Shown piece by piece: positions 11,401-25,549 of a DNA stretch of 64,000 bases. The stretch covers positions 5,952,001-6,016,000 of the forward strand of contig CM120647.1 of the NCBI GenBank assembly GCA_051362555.1, in the 5' to 3' direction. The DNA comes from Lingula anatina. Taxonomy: Eukaryota > Animalia > Brachiopoda. Each line of letters starts with the position of its first letter. Positions within the stretch are counted from its first letter, which is position 1. The notes beneath the pieces are model-generated. The model was not told the DNA's origin. It ran no database searches and worked only from the letters and a program-made list of their open reading frames with translations. The position numbers and the translations under genes are program-made.

Positions 11401-14400
11401 ACCAGTAATATATTTCAAAGATACTATAACATTGGTCAAGTGATAATGGAAAGTATAGGAAGCAAAGTTGTTAGAGCAAATATGCAATAGGAAAACATGA
11501 TTAAGATTGCATTCATTTTGTAGAGCTTCAAAAATTGCAACACTGAGGCCCTTTTCACATTGAGCGGTACTTGTACTGGTATTGAAATATTTAAGGAGAT
11601 TGACAACTTTATACCCTGCTTATTATTTAAAGTCCCTGCACTCAACAGGACCTGTGAAACCGATTTAATTTGATTGGTACATATCCAGGAAGAACTCTGC
11701 CAAAACTGCTAGAAGCAAGCTTGTGAAAGAGGGTATACCCAAAATGCACAATTATATTTTAGAACCAAAATATTTCCTGATATACTTATACATGTGCCAC
11801 CCCATGTGAAAAGAAGAATTCACCACATCTCTTTGTATAAATACCCAACTTTTTATTATGAGAAATACCCCCATCTTTTAACCTGGGAGTATTTGTACCA
11901 TGTAAACCACTTTTGATAAAACTCAAAAGCTCTCCTGCATAATACCAAACAACAGTAAAGTTGGACCGTCACTTTCAACATAATTTATGAAATAATTTAT
12001 AAACAAAGTATCCATTGGTCCTACAAACCGCCACCCACCTGATGAGCTCTCCTTCAGGTAAGTGTTCTCTGTACCCCCACTCAGTGTAATCTTCCCAACT
12101 TGGCTGCTGGAGCTGGAGCGAATGCTGGAAATAAAATAAAACTTATTAATAAATAAAGCACATTTTATCATTACTGTAAATAAAATGAATTTTATTAACA
12201 AATTTTACATAACATCACACTGGGGTCAACAATATGGTTCCTGAACAACAGACCAAACCGTATCTGATAACTGAATGACAGCAACTGTTGGAATTGTAGC
12301 CGAATCAGATCCAATGCTGCTGAATTAACTTCTCAATTCGCAACTATTGGGATTGATCTGCAGTACAGGATATCCAAGCGCATTCTGAACAACTGACTTA
12401 CAGATCCGAGGATCAAATATCGTGACCCACTTTAAAACATGCCACTTAATTCCTGATTAGACACTGAACCGATTCCCTGCGGGGATTACGCTACAAGCAT
12501 TCAAGTGAGTCGCCCATATTTGATCTGCGTATCTGTTAGTCCGCTCTTCTGAGTGCTCCAAGATATTAAGACAACAAAGAGTTTGACAATCTACAAGATT
12601 TGTCAAAACTAATAAGAACTGTATTTGAATCGTAAACAAAAGACCACATGATAACGCTCAATCTGAAAATGATTGTACACACTTTATCAAAACTGGCAAA
12701 AACTATTCGAACTATAAACAAAAGACAGTATGATTATAAAAAGTTTGACAATATATGCATTTCATCAAAACTGACAAGAACTGTATCGTGAATCATAAAG
12801 AGCCTCCAGCTTACCTAGAGTACAGCACAGCCAGCAAGAAAATCAACAGTGCCACGATGCTCTCTCCGTCAAAATGTGGGGTGCCGGTGAGGTCACCAGC
12901 AGAGGCGGTGCTGTTCTGTTTGTTGTAGGTGCCGTCCAGGATAGAGCTCAGGCTGGGGTTACACAGTTTGTCTGATACAAATAAATATCTAGTTTTTATC
13001 AATGTGGAAATAAGAAATGAGAGAGAGAGAGAGAGAAAGAAAGAGAGAGAGTTCAACTTAGTTCAGACTACAACTGGCACACTAAAAACGACCAATGCAC
13101 TGGATTCAATTTTAAGAAGTAGTAAACATTTAAAGAGGATTGTGAAATCAGTTGTTTCTCTTTTTATTTACATATGACTTGGTCCCTCTGATCATTTTCC
13201 GTATTTCTTTTTTTTTTTACCTGATAATTTATTTACTTATTCATTCACTCTTTCACTGATACATCAAAAACTGATTGTGTTCTGTATGTTACCTGGGTTG
13301 TTGCTCATGGCAGACCATGTCAGATACATCACATAGCAAGTTATGATGGCCGCCTGTAGCAAACCAGAGCGAGGCTGGGCTGAAAGAGGAAAAGACGCAA
13401 TAAAATGATAAGACCAATACAGAGAACAAGCAATCTGCTCTTCAACAACTTCAACTTTAAAACTTAACATATCTAAGGTCCTTATCACATTGAGTGGTAA
13501 ACCATTCAGTTTCCCATCGTTTTGAGAGAGGTATATTTTAATAGCCTGGCCATTACAAAGGAGAGTCATCTAAATGATACCCCAACTGCCCCTGACATGA
13601 TGCATAAATGGGATTCATCTTCACTGGTCCAAAGTAGGAAGCAAACTTTTGAAAGCGAGCATAAAACCCCCAGTGGTGTAATGTCATGTCAGGAACAGTC
13701 AAAATGGAGCAAAAATGAAAAATGTACCACACAGGTCTAAATCAATTCACCTGCTTTTAGCACAAGAAACTGAGAGCCCAATACTTAAAGCAATAATAAC
13801 TCTTCCTTTGAGATTCAAAATTCCGCATGAAATACATTGTAAACAACGCATGGAAATATATTCTATTGTAATTTACCACTAAAACGGCCGTTATTGTAGT
13901 AAAACTAAAATCTGTGCTTGTCAGTGGGGCTTACGATGCTTTTCCTCATAGTCATCAAGGCATTCGTTGCTAATGACGTAATGGTGTCACGCGGATTCTC
14001 GCGTTCATTCGAGACCAAAATAACATGGCGGGAAACCCTCAGACGTAAGTTGCGAGTTTTTGTACAGTGCGTCGGATAACGAAAAGCCCAGAATGGCACA
14101 CATTGTGGATACAAATGCATTTTTAACAAAAAGACGAATATATCTCATGAATCTTATATAGTGTTGTTGTTGTCTGCTTTTCCCGCGGTTTTAAGTAGGT
14201 CACCAGTGACTTTGCAATGTCAGAGAGAGCTCCGTCAGTTAAAATCTCTTAAGAGATTTTAACAAAAAACCGTACGTTTAGGAAAAAAACCCTGGATTAA
14301 CTTTGAATGCAGGAATGGGGTCGTTGACCATTGGTAAGTACGGGAAAATTGCCGTTTTTTCCAGGAAAATCCAATTTTTGGCCAAAACGAAGAGTTATTA

Positions 14401-17400
14401 TGACTTTAAGTCAGCTAAGAGGCAGGCTAAGCTCAATTAAGACAACTATAAATTCAGTAATTGAGAGCATATTCCTGGCTAACTGTTCCACTTACCCTCC
14501 TGTATTTTGGGTAAGATGGCCACAATTGAGATCACCACACACAGGATCAGGTTGAAGCTGATGAAAAACTTGTGCAGTGAACAGTCCCCTCCCTGCAAGG
14601 TGAGAAATAATATTATGAAGCAAGAATAATAACATACCAAATATGTTTAAAATAAGTAAATGAATAAAAAAATACAGATACAAACATGTTATGAGAAAGA
14701 TCAGAAGTCGCATTTTTACTATGCTGCTACACATTAGCTTAAAACTTTCTAAGAATCTGTCAGTTTGTCTACGCATTTATGTATCAAAAATGTCAACTGG
14801 AGCTAATGATCCAAAAGTCAACTCTACTCTGCACCTAAACTTGGTAAAAGGAGACATGAAGAGATGTGATCTTGTAATACATTATTTGCAACCAGTTTAA
14901 GTGTTTCTTCAACAACATCCTGTGCCCCATATTACATAGTGTCACATGTCACGACACACAAACCTTATATTTAAATAATATGCATAAACTACACAAATTA
15001 TTGTAAGCCATTTGGAAAAAATATCAGCCATGACCATATTATTTAGACAACTTACTGATGTGTAGAACACGTAAAACAACACCACTGCAGTGATTGCCAC
15101 TAAGTAGAACACGATGGTGAAAAACAACAACCCTGAAAATACAAAGTAAATAAAATTTACTTTCATATTGCATATTAGCAGAGGTTTATAAAATAATCTA
15201 GATAAAGATTTACCTCTCTTTTTAAAATACTGTCTAAAAGGACTAGCAGTTTAAACATTTACAATAATATTTGTGGATGAAAAATGGTGATAAGGGTGGT
15301 GGCTGGATACGTTACTTTCTTTTAGAAAGGCAATTAAGGGGGAGGAGTTTGACTTTTCATTTTCTACAAAAACTTTTTTTTCCCTTGAAATTTGCAAATT
15401 CGATGCAATTTGGAGCAGTTTGCTGTATTTTACTATATCTGATATAAGTATCCCCCTTAGCTGGGGGGACTAATTCTGTCCTTGTGATTTGGAAAAGTGG
15501 GCTAAATACATTAACATGGACGACAATCGGAGTCTTCTGCAAGTTTGTTTCACTGCTTTGTACTTTGGAATAGTGGGCAAAGTGGGAGGGGGGAAGGGTG
15601 TGTGTGCGATGTATTCAGAGTCTTCTACTACCCACCTGCGAACCACCCTTTGTTTTCGTTCTCTTCGTAATTGCCCACCCACTTCTCATTCCACGAGTGT
15701 GCAAAGTCTATCAGCAAGATCAACTGGATGATGATGAACAGAAAACCGCCGACCATGCCAAACCACATAAACACTGGAAATAGAACAACAAAACATTAAA
15801 AGGCAGCTCCATGGGACTTATCTGCCACATGAATTTTCCCGGGGAAAATAAGCAATTTTTCTTTTAGTACTTTTCTATGAAGCAAAAGCAACACAAATGT
15901 TATACAGTTTTCATGTTTATAAAATAACCTATCTGAAAGTTTGAAAATTTCTGCCCGTTGAAAAGATCGGAGTAGATACCATATTGTTGAAAGCGCCTTA
16001 CCTTGTTCAAATGTGGGTTGGACAGCATTGGCGCCACCTGGGATGAAGAAAGCTCCCACCGCAACTCCAATCAGGACCAGGATCTTGATACCCCAGAACC
16101 TGAATAAATAAATAAATAAATAAATAAATAAAGATAATTTTAAAATGTAGAAGTGGGAATATAAAAGATCTCTCCTGGCTATTCATAAATTGCAAAAGGC
16201 AGGAAAATTTCTGCCAGTGCCAAAGGAGTTTAAAACAGATGATTGGTGCACTTAATTTTGACTACCATAGATGTAAGAGACAAAAGATCAAGGAGAGGCG
16301 TAACGCGCATTCATGCGCATCATTTTTGCGTGCGTGCATGCATGTTAGACACACCACAGCTTGATTTTTGTTCTCAACATCTCACAATCTCAACCACTAG
16401 TTTAACTTTACCCATTCTGTATTCCAGCACGTGGGTCCTTCGATGTCTTCACGTTGATCATGATCAGCATCAGGAGGAAGAAGAACGCAGCCATGGCGAA
16501 GCAGACCCTGTAGACGGAGGCATACCCTACCACTCGAGTACAGTCCACTAAAGCATGTGTGGCTAGAAACCCAGGGTCACAGAGATATGGTATCTAAAAA
16601 AAATGTAATCAATTTTTAAATTATTTAAAAAATTACTCAAATATTACCAAAGAGGTGTGGTATATTAAACAAGAGATATTCCCACTTGTATACGATTTCT
16701 TGAAAAATTTAAGATCTGTTATCCATGTTCTTCATAAGTATCAATTGGTCTTAAACAGGAGTCATAACTTTCTTTTAATAAAACAGGCACAATTAAATTT
16801 TTAAAATTTATAAAAAATAAAATGTTATCATAGAGGTAGAGTATGTAAACCAAATAAATATTACCACTTGGATATCTATGAAATCTTAAAAATTTAAATA
16901 TCTATTATCCATGCTCTTCATAAGAATTGGTCTTAAACAGGAGTCACAGCTCCCTTTTAACAAAACAGACACAATGCTGGGGTAGCGCTAGCAATTTTTT
17001 TCCCTTGGCCAAATCACCACATTTTTGACAATTTGCTATCCAAATGGCTTTAATTTGACTAAAATTAGTCAAATCAAGCCCTTTTTGTTTAGCCAATTTA
17101 AGTCAGTTTTAGCATTTGGCTAAATTGGCGAGTGTTAGCGCTACCCCAGCAATGCCTCACCTTATCAAGCTGTTCTTGTAGTCCAGGTGCCAAGAATATA
17201 CAAGCAATCACTGAACCCAGCAACAGAGTCAAAGCGTATGCAATGCGCGTGGCAGTTGAGTTTTTGCACGACGGACATGCTGCACAGCACAGACTGCACG
17301 CTGCAGACCCGCAGCAGCATGCGAGCTGAAATGGAGGAAGATGACATATTATTATTCACTTATAGCATATAACATGGGTAAAGCAGGCATACAAAATTTA

Positions 17401-17753
17401 AGCCAAATGCCCAAAATATTGATGTGGTAAGGCACATGTTTTTTCTACCCAAAATGCTTTGATTATAAACTGATCATGTATACATATACATATTTGGGAG
17501 ATAAAATGATTATTTTCAATGTTCTGGAGTGTTCACAGAGTATAACGAAAAGGTTTACTTTTGGGATTCCTCAGGCCCTTTCACGCATTATTCTTTAAAT
17601 CTGTAATCATACACTGAGCAGAAACTTTCAAAACATTTCAGTGCAGAACCTTAACTTTTTTTTCTTTTTATCTATCAAAATATTTTATGTTATCTTTTTA
17701 CAGGTGCATCCAATTGAACATATGTTCTCAAATCATTTAGATTAAAATATTCT

Positions 17754-17812
<59 letters not shown>

Positions 17813-17947
17813 TCAGGCTCTGTCACTGTCATTTCACGGATTAGGATTACGTTCTGTCTACTTTTCTACAAATATTACTTTCAATATTCAAAACAAAGGA
17901 ACTATTCCATCTGGTTTTCTACTTACGCTGCCTAAAATACAACCCAT
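8496..17947 (-). CDS. SERINC: Serine incorporator (SERINC/TMS1 family), 13 coding exons, ~474 aa
   Basis: Minus-strand exons: 17927-17947, 17161-17325, 16412-16593, 16002-16099, 15636-15773, 15056-15132, 14496-14592, 13293-13379, 12815-12971, 12039-12124, 11176-11202, 9180-9330, 8496-8634; total 1425 nt, all GT-AG with consistent phases. Motifs: [105 protein letters not shown]...[15 protein letters not shown]. Confidence 0.96.
8673..8850. repeat. ~29-bp minisatellite, ~6 copies, in the last SERINC intron
   Basis: Unit aaatatatttagtatggtatcattggtat. Confidence 0.9.
11176..11202 (-). CDS. SERINC: 27-nt symmetric (phase 1-1) microexon of SERINC encoding (D)EAMLGAKE(G)
   Basis: Minus strand reads ggtttacAG|ACGAGGCCATGCTGGGGGCTAAAGAAG|GTaatt. 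It is frame-preserving and lies in the acidic cytosolic loop region between flanking phase-1 exons. Confidence 0.7.
13789..14405. mobile_element. Non-autonomous TTAA-specific DNA transposon (Kolobok-like) in a SERINC intron
   Basis: TTAA|AGCAATAATAACTCTTC...GAAGAGTTATTATGACT|TTAA. Purine (AG) termini with a TTAA TSD fit Kolobok better than piggyBac (CC termini). Confidence 0.7.
16977..17149. mobile_element. 173-bp non-autonomous DNA transposon family B (TIR CTGGGGTAGCGCTA), 5-bp TSD CAATG
   Basis: Terminal inverted repeats CTGGGGTAGCGCTA...TAGCGCTACCCCAG; CAATG at 16972-16976 and 17150-17154. Confidence 0.85.
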
Positions 17948-18056
17948 CTTTGTACAACTACTTCTCAGATAATTCTATTTCAAGCTGCGAAGAAGTGTGT
18001 GTTTTTAAACCAATCTTGCTGAGTGTCACGGGATTTTTCGTCACCGATTTCCTAAT

Positions 18057-18250
18057 GATTTCTTTTCTTCCTGCAAAAATGGCGTATGACTAATATTGAC
18101 ATCACGTATAATCTCGTCTTTACGAAAACCACTAATTTTTCAAATTCTGAATATACACTTATGTCTTACTGAATAATCATATCATTCTTGCGGTGAATAT
18201 ATTACTGAAGCTAAAAGAATAAATATTCCTGTCTAAAATAAAAATGTGAA
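18057..18250 (+). repeat. ~195-bp dispersed repeat, second copy at ~22971-23170
   Basis: Both sites read gatttcttttcttcctgcaaaaatggcgtatgactaatattgacatcacgtataatctcgtctttacgaaaaccac... Confidence 0.8.
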
Positions 18251-21200
18251 AAAAAAAGCGATGTGGCCTTGACCTCAATTTGAGCAGCTGAAACACTTCT
18301 TGATTGTGTTGTAGAGAATCCAGATAAAAGCGGTCGGGATGCTTCCCTATTAAGTCCTGTCAGACAGACTAGAGGAAGAGAGTGTTTTATCATAGAAAAA
18401 AGGTAGGTTCGTTGTCCCAGAAAGTAAGTTACGTTAAATCGAAAAGTCGAAGTGTTATTTGCGGACAACTTTTTTGGTAGGGTGCACACATGATATTTTT
18501 CTAAGTGAGCTAGAGACTTGAAATTTTGTGCACAGATAGCCACACATTTGAGTATGAATAATCAATTTAAATTTTTAATCTATCTCATTTAGATCAAAAG
18601 TTATTCAAGTTTTAGTAACACCATGTTTGTTCTTTTTTTCAGGCGCTATTTTCAAAAATGAGACAAAAGTTGCCCCCATCATTTTTCATCCCCTTTATAT
18701 TGTCACAGACATTTGAAATTTGGCACACATTAAGTATAGAAGTTGGGCATTAACCCAAAGTTTAAATTTTGGTTCTAGCATTTTCTTAAGCAGAGTTATG
18801 TGCATGTGAATTAAGCAAAATGAAGGATTTTTTGACGGTAAATGCTAGAAAATACACGTTTCTTAGGTTTTATTAATCAACAAGACTAAAACTCTTGGCA
18901 GAATAGTTGTCTTACATATGAGTATTAGTACAAAATTAATAGTATAAGTGGCAAATTGTCATTGTGAAAAAAAAACAATCATTCAAACTCAGGAACAACC
19001 CACACCCTGGGGATCATAAGGTTATTCTTGCATATGTACTCTTACTCCTTAGTATCGAACACATATATATAGTATGTACATGGCACATAATTTTCTTTTA
19101 TGATAAACTTCCAGCAAAAAATAAAAATGCTCCCACTTCTGAGGATGTTACCCCCATGCATATTTCCATCACCCCTGCTTATAAATGCTGATAAGGCAGT
19201 TTGTAATAAAATTCTCTCTCTCCAGCAGTTGTCTTGATATTAGTATAAACCAAAATTTAATTATATATTTCATGTCAGAAAACAATATCTGGTGAGCTTG
19301 AAAGAAAATAAATCAAGCTATATACATGTAGCACCTGTGATACTACTATTTAAACCTACTAGTAATGCATAAATGTTTTAAAGCTTAAATATCATTGAAA
19401 ATTAACTTGCCATGTATGAATGATAGACTTAATTTTTTTAATTCATGTGACTTAACAGAGTTTTCTGATCCAAGATTATATTGAAAAAGTATAAGAATTA
19501 TCTGTAACAATATTTGTGCTTCCAATTTGTCTATCAATTTAAGTAAAGAATACACAAATGTGATTTAACCTCTGTTATAGGGAATTCTTGCACCACAAAA
19601 CTGATTATTTTAGTTTTAAAAAGCTGTTGGTTCAACTATACTACAGAAGTCTACATATATAAAAAGTAAATATAATATATCAATACAAATGACAGTAAGT
19701 TTTAAAAGGGAACTTGAGCTATTTTAAGTCTTTGGCACGGAGATATATAAAAACAACATTAGTAAATCACAAAAAAAAAATGGATAACCTATTGTCTCTT
19801 GTTGGCTTCCTCAAAAAAAAAAAAAATTTTTTATTTCGATGTACGTCCATCTCTTAAAGTTCTAGATATAAATATAATTATATACATATACTTAAATCTA
19901 AAGTTCTTCACACAAATACCTACATGTACATAGAAATTTCCAAAAGGGACTTAACAATATTCACACCTTCCAGGTCATTTGAAGTCTTTGGCAAAAATGT
20001 GTAAACAGCATACGTAAATCACACACACACACACACCAAAAAAAAAAAAAAATTTAATAATAATAATAATAATTAATTAATTAATCAATAATAAATCTGT
20101 CAAGGCCCCATAAAGACCTTTATAATCAGACAGAGACGCTAAACACAAGAAGTTACAACTCCTTGCTAAACCAGACAACCAAGAAGAAGAGTCAGGATTA
20201 TTCAATGTATTGATGCCGCAAAACGGATGAAAACACCTGCTCAGAGTTAAATTATTATGTCAAAGTAGCTTGTCAAAGTCCACTCAGGCTTAAACTTTTT
20301 AGTGCATTTCACCATGATTCCCAACAAACTCATCACAATCAGGATTTTCTCTGTTATTATCACTTCTAACTGATGTATGCAAGCGATGTTACATTTTTGT
20401 TAAGCGTACGCAGTAAAAATTGACCTCGACTGGCTGCGGTCAACAAGCGTGTGCGAGAGGGGGGGGGGGGGCGTTGAAATAAATTACAAAAAAAATATTT
20501 GCCCAAATTTGCCCAAAAATCTGAAATGTTGGTTAGAAACCTTAGTCCTTGTTCTTCTACATGGCATATATTTTGTCTTGCCGCCCTTTGCCGACTTCAA
20601 AAAATAAATCAGTTTAAAAGTTTGCCCTTAAAAATTTTCACTTCTGACCTCTCGTAGATCGCGAAAACAATACCCAAAAGGAAGTAACAGCTGTTCTCTA
20701 TCACGTGTTAAGGTAGGGTTGTTCCCGATGCAGTAGTTGAGACACGCCGTGCATTGTAAGAGCGGGTTGAAATCTGATACTCTGGGGACAGTTTTAATGG
20801 CGCTTCGCGAAATAGAACAACTAACGCCACCTAGGGACGTCTGCGCTCGCTATTTTTGGGACGATTTGGAACTCAAACAGTAGTCTATAGACTATACTCT
20901 TTAAGTTGTAACTTATGTTTAGATTATTAATAATGTGCCTAGGGTACGTATAATAAGATTTATGCGAACTAGAAAAAGAAGGACTTGAATGAGAACACAA
21001 TTATGCATCGCAGAGAAAATCGAAGTGTCATAACCCTTACAGTACGTAGAATAAATATCACACATTAAAGTTAAACCATTGATTTCAAACCCACAGTGTC
21101 AATCATATTTCCAAATGGGCGCTCTCCCTCTCTCTCTCTCTCTCTCTCACTCACTCACACACACACACACATGCACACACACACACACTCACATTTGAAA

Positions 21201-22884
21201 TTAAGGAAAATCATGTCAAAATCAAATTAAGGAAAATTTCTAAGAAAAATCATGCACAGGAGGAATCAGCAAAAATGAAGCCGTAAATTATTTGCTGTTC
21301 TAAATGGCTTGTTTTAGACATTCTTTGTTTAAGTCTTAAACAAGCCATACTTCTACAGACTTACTGACCATTCCCATAAACCTATCGTACTAGCAGAATT
21401 GATCTGTCTTCCTGGGGATTCTGGCTAACTAGCATTTGGTTTAAGCATGCACAATAGTTAATTACCCCCTTCCCCCCCCCCCCTCCCCGCCCCAGTAGCT
21501 TTAGTGGGTGTGACAGACATTAAAGCTGCTTAAACTGAATGCAATTTAGGAAGAATCCCCTCGGAGGTAAGTCGATCCTGCTAGTATGATATGTTTATGG
21601 GAACCCGGTCTTATTTGGGACTGAAATTGAGCTTTTATATTCTCAGTCTGAACATTTTAACTTAGACCAGTTAGAGACTTCAGCTCCTTTGTGTCATTAA
21701 GTTCCAATTTCAGTATAGAAAACCTCTGTTAAAGGAAAATATCGTAAATGTTAATTTTGCTCGGCGACCTTTCATCCACAACTCCCTCTGTTGGCCATTG
21801 TTTCGATGCCTTAGTAACCAAGCAACGCCATGACAGATGAAGCCTGGGAATGTTCCGAAGGACACCCCTGACAGGGTTTCCCGCTTTAGCAAATTGATCA
21901 TCATTATTACCATAGATAATGTTATCCATCAATTACCGGGAAACATTTATATATGCTCTTCCCGTAGGAGTATTGAGCTGTTTTTATTCCGACCTCTGTA
22001 TTACTCAGGAAATTAAATGCATTGCATGTCATATTTGTTAATGGAGTTGATATGCGTGGCTTGCTGGTGACTGGTTTAAAACTGGGATAGCTTAGATAAC
22101 AGTGGGAGAATGGGAGGCTTGGGTAGCGCTAACACTCGCCAATTTAGCCAAGTGCTAAAACAGTAGAATAAGAGTTGAAAACCTGAAATAACTGGGATAG
22201 CAATGGGATTGAAGTGGGATAACAGTGGGATGACAGGAGGAAAACAAAGAATAACTATTATGATTCCCCCTCTTTTTCTTCAACTTAGAAGAATGGTTAC
22301 TCATCACCTTTTAGCTAGTTTTATATATATTATTATTGTTGATTTTTCATAATGACATAAACAGCTTGTTGTTTGATGAAAAAAGTTTGTTGTGATGTCT
22401 AAAGATTTCGTACAAGTCAAAACACCAAATCTGACTGATATTTATGATAGTAACTGTGTAAGCACTTTAAATGGCTGGATTCATTAGATTGCAGACTAAC
22501 AATTATTCAGAACTTATATTCTTATTCAGCAGTGTTGATTGCCAATTTATAAGTGTTATATGATTATCTATAGATAAACTCTTGGAATTAGTTTTTTATT
22601 TAAATAAGTTATTTTGTAATGAATTTGAAAACCTTGGTATCTCTGTTTCTGATAACCTTTTAGATGGATTTTTGATTAGTATTTTAAGGCAACAGTGTTC
22701 CAAATGGCTGCCTTGTTTCAGTGATGATGATAAATCACACATACTTATTCAGCTGGCTTCTTTAGAAATGTTGTTGGCAACAGGAAATAAAATCATTAAC
22801 TCCAGTATAAGAAGAAGCCAGATGTGTGTCAAAGACAATCACTTCAGTACAGTATATTAGTTGAAGCCAGAACCATATTCAAGA

Positions 22885-22931
<47 letters not shown>

Positions 22932-23275
22932 ATATAGTCTGGTTTTATAAATTCAGTTGAGAGAGAGAGAGATTTCTTTTCTTCCTGCAAAAAAAATGGC
23001 GTATGACTAATATTGACATCACGTATAATCTCGTCTTTACGAAAACCACTAATTTTTCAAATACGGAATACACACTTATGTCTCGCTGAATAATCATATC
23101 ATTATTATAGCAGATATATTACTGAAGGTAAAATAATAAATGTTCCTATCTAAAACAAAAAAGGGAAAATTTAATATTATTTAATAGTAAAGTCTTACCT
23201 TTATTAATTCATTCAGGGGCACACATCAAACATAGTTTGTTTGAAAATGATATGCACAAAATCTTCCAAGGTTAA

Positions 23276-23610
23276 AGGGATAACAACTCCCTGTGATCCG
23301 TATTTTACAATAAATAGATTGTAAACAACTCAAGGAAATATAATAAATTCTATTTTATCACCAAAATGGCAGTTACTGCAATTATTCTTGAATCTGTCCT
23401 TGTCATTGAACTAATGATCTCCATAGATGGCTAGATACCTCCTTAATAATCTCTTAAGAGATTATTATAAAAAACCCAAACTTCTTAGGAAATAGCTTTG
23501 GCTAGCTTTGAATGTCGGAATTGAGTCATTAACCATTGGTAATTATGGGAAAATTGTCATTAAACCCGGAAAAATCCATTTTTTGGCTCGAACAAATGGT
23601 AGTTATCCCT
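23276..23610. mobile_element. Kolobok-like non-autonomous element, shorter copy
   Basis: TTAA|AGGGATAAC...GTTATCCCT|TTAA; its right half is similar to 14200-14405. Confidence 0.7.
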
Positions 23611-24224
23611 TTAATAACTAATGAGATGAATGATGCTTGTAAGGAAGAACTTAGGCATATAATTATATTTGTATGTGTTTTTGTTGTAATTTCACTAATT
23701 ATTATATTTGATCATGCATATTAAATAAAATATTTTGAACCGCCAGGTATGACTTTTTGTGATTTTTGGATTACCTGGCTTCAGTTATCTTAAAAATTAA
23801 TAAAAAGTTTGTTTTTTTTTTTTTTTACATCGCGTGTTGGAATAAGAACCAAATTGACGCGCATCCTTTCCATTAGATGTGGGGAAACCACATGAAAAGT
23901 CATGAAATCCAGAATCGGAGCAGCAGATTTGTGCGGACGAAAAGCTGCTAAGTGCTGTCTGACGTACATAATAACCTTGCATTATATTCAAGGCATAGAA
24001 CAGGTAAACCTTTGATGTTCCTGTTCGAGTGACTGCTTGTTGTTGTCATTATTGCTGTGATAATTTGCTGAGTGTGCTACGGACAATAGAAAAACACTTC
24101 AGTGTCTCGTTCTGTCAGGGACGTGTCAATGGGTAGATAATGTCTGAACCCTGGATCCATTAGCTAGATTCTAGGTAATCCCAGTTTCATAGATTTTATG
24201 ATTAATGTTATATAATAACATTTA

Positions 24225-24439
24225 GGCTCTGTTCTCACAACTTTTAGAATGATCTATCACCGCGGGGAGTCTCACTAGATTACTGTCAGATAATCCCCCT
24301 TAAGTGTCCGTCCCCGCCTACTACAAGCTTTAAGGGGTAATTAACTTTCGTGTCCGCCCGGCTGACAGCTATTTAGCGTGAACCCCCAGGGAGTTAGGTC
24401 GATCCAATGTAGGTCGATCTAATCTATGAGAATGGGGTG
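24225..24439 (+). mobile_element. MITE family A copy
   Basis: Differs from 1984-2198 by only a few substitutions. Confidence 0.8.
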
Positions 24440-24556
24440 TAATACCTTTACCAAGAGTTGTACTAGTACTAGTAGCCATACCAGTACATGATACTCCTTC
24501 AGGGGCTGATTTAACAAAGGAACCATTTTAAACATAAGAATTGGTCTTAACTTTAA

Positions 24557-24894
24557 AGGGATAATAACTCTTCATTTCGGCCAAAAAATGAATTTTCCTG
24601 GAGTAAACAACAATTTTCCCATACTTACCAATGGTTAATGAATCCGTTTTTACATTCAAAGTTATTCCCTGGTTTTTTTTCTAAAAAGTTTGGTTTTTTG
24701 TTAAAATTGCTTAAGAGATTATAACAGAGTATAGCCATCAATGGAGGTCACGTAGTCTGAAGACAAGCTCAGATATCAGAATAATAGCTAAAACTGCCGT
24801 TTGTATGGTAAAACAGAATGTATTATATTTCTTTGAGTTGTTCACAATGTTTTTATTGTGAAATAAAGATATTATACGAAGAGTTATTATCCCT
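24557..24894. mobile_element. Kolobok-like non-autonomous element, inverted relative to 23276-23610
   Basis: TIR AGGGATAATAACTCTTC...GAAGAGTTATTATCCCT, flanked by TTAA and TCAA. Confidence 0.7.
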
Positions 24895-24975
24895 TCAAGT
24901 ATTAGATTTGGTCTTAACTTTAAGATTGATGTGATCAACATTTTAGAACAATATTCCGAACAAGTTGATCTGCAA

Positions 24976-25190
24976 GACCCCATTCCCAGAGATTAGATCG
25001 ATCCAAACTAGATCAACCTAACTCCCTGGGGGTTCACGCTAAATAGCTGTCAGCCGAGCGGGCACGAAAGTTAATTACCCCCTTACAGCTCGTAGTAGGC
25101 GGGACGGACATTTAAGTCGGATTATCTGACAGTGATCTAGTGAGACTCCCCACGGGGATAGATCGATGTAAATGTCTGGGAATATGCCCC
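24976..25190 (-). mobile_element. MITE family A copy (inverted)
   Basis: Reverse complement of the family A sequence (aactccctgggggttcacgctaaatagctgtcagcc...). Confidence 0.8.
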
Positions 25191-25549
25191 AAGGTTACAC
25201 ATCTTCAGATCAAATATGGCCTAAGCACATTAAAGCAGAGCTGACTAATTGCTGATGGTCTCCCTGCCTCCAAAGACACAGACCCTGCAGCGGTCCAGCA
25301 ATGAAACCAATGAGGTCCACCAATGAGGTGAGAGGTGGCAGAAATGGCCGAGGGTTGTACATACAGTAGCGCAGAAAGAAAGCAGAAAATATCTGTTTCA
25401 TTTTTTTTTTTTTTTTTTTTTGGTGATGGCATTTGGTAGGGTTTAGCAGCAGAGGTTTGACTTCCTATGTAACCTTAAAGTTGCAATTGCTCTTTTCAGG
25501 CTACATCACTTTTGTGAGAGCGGATCCAATTGTATTGATGTGGGCTTTA

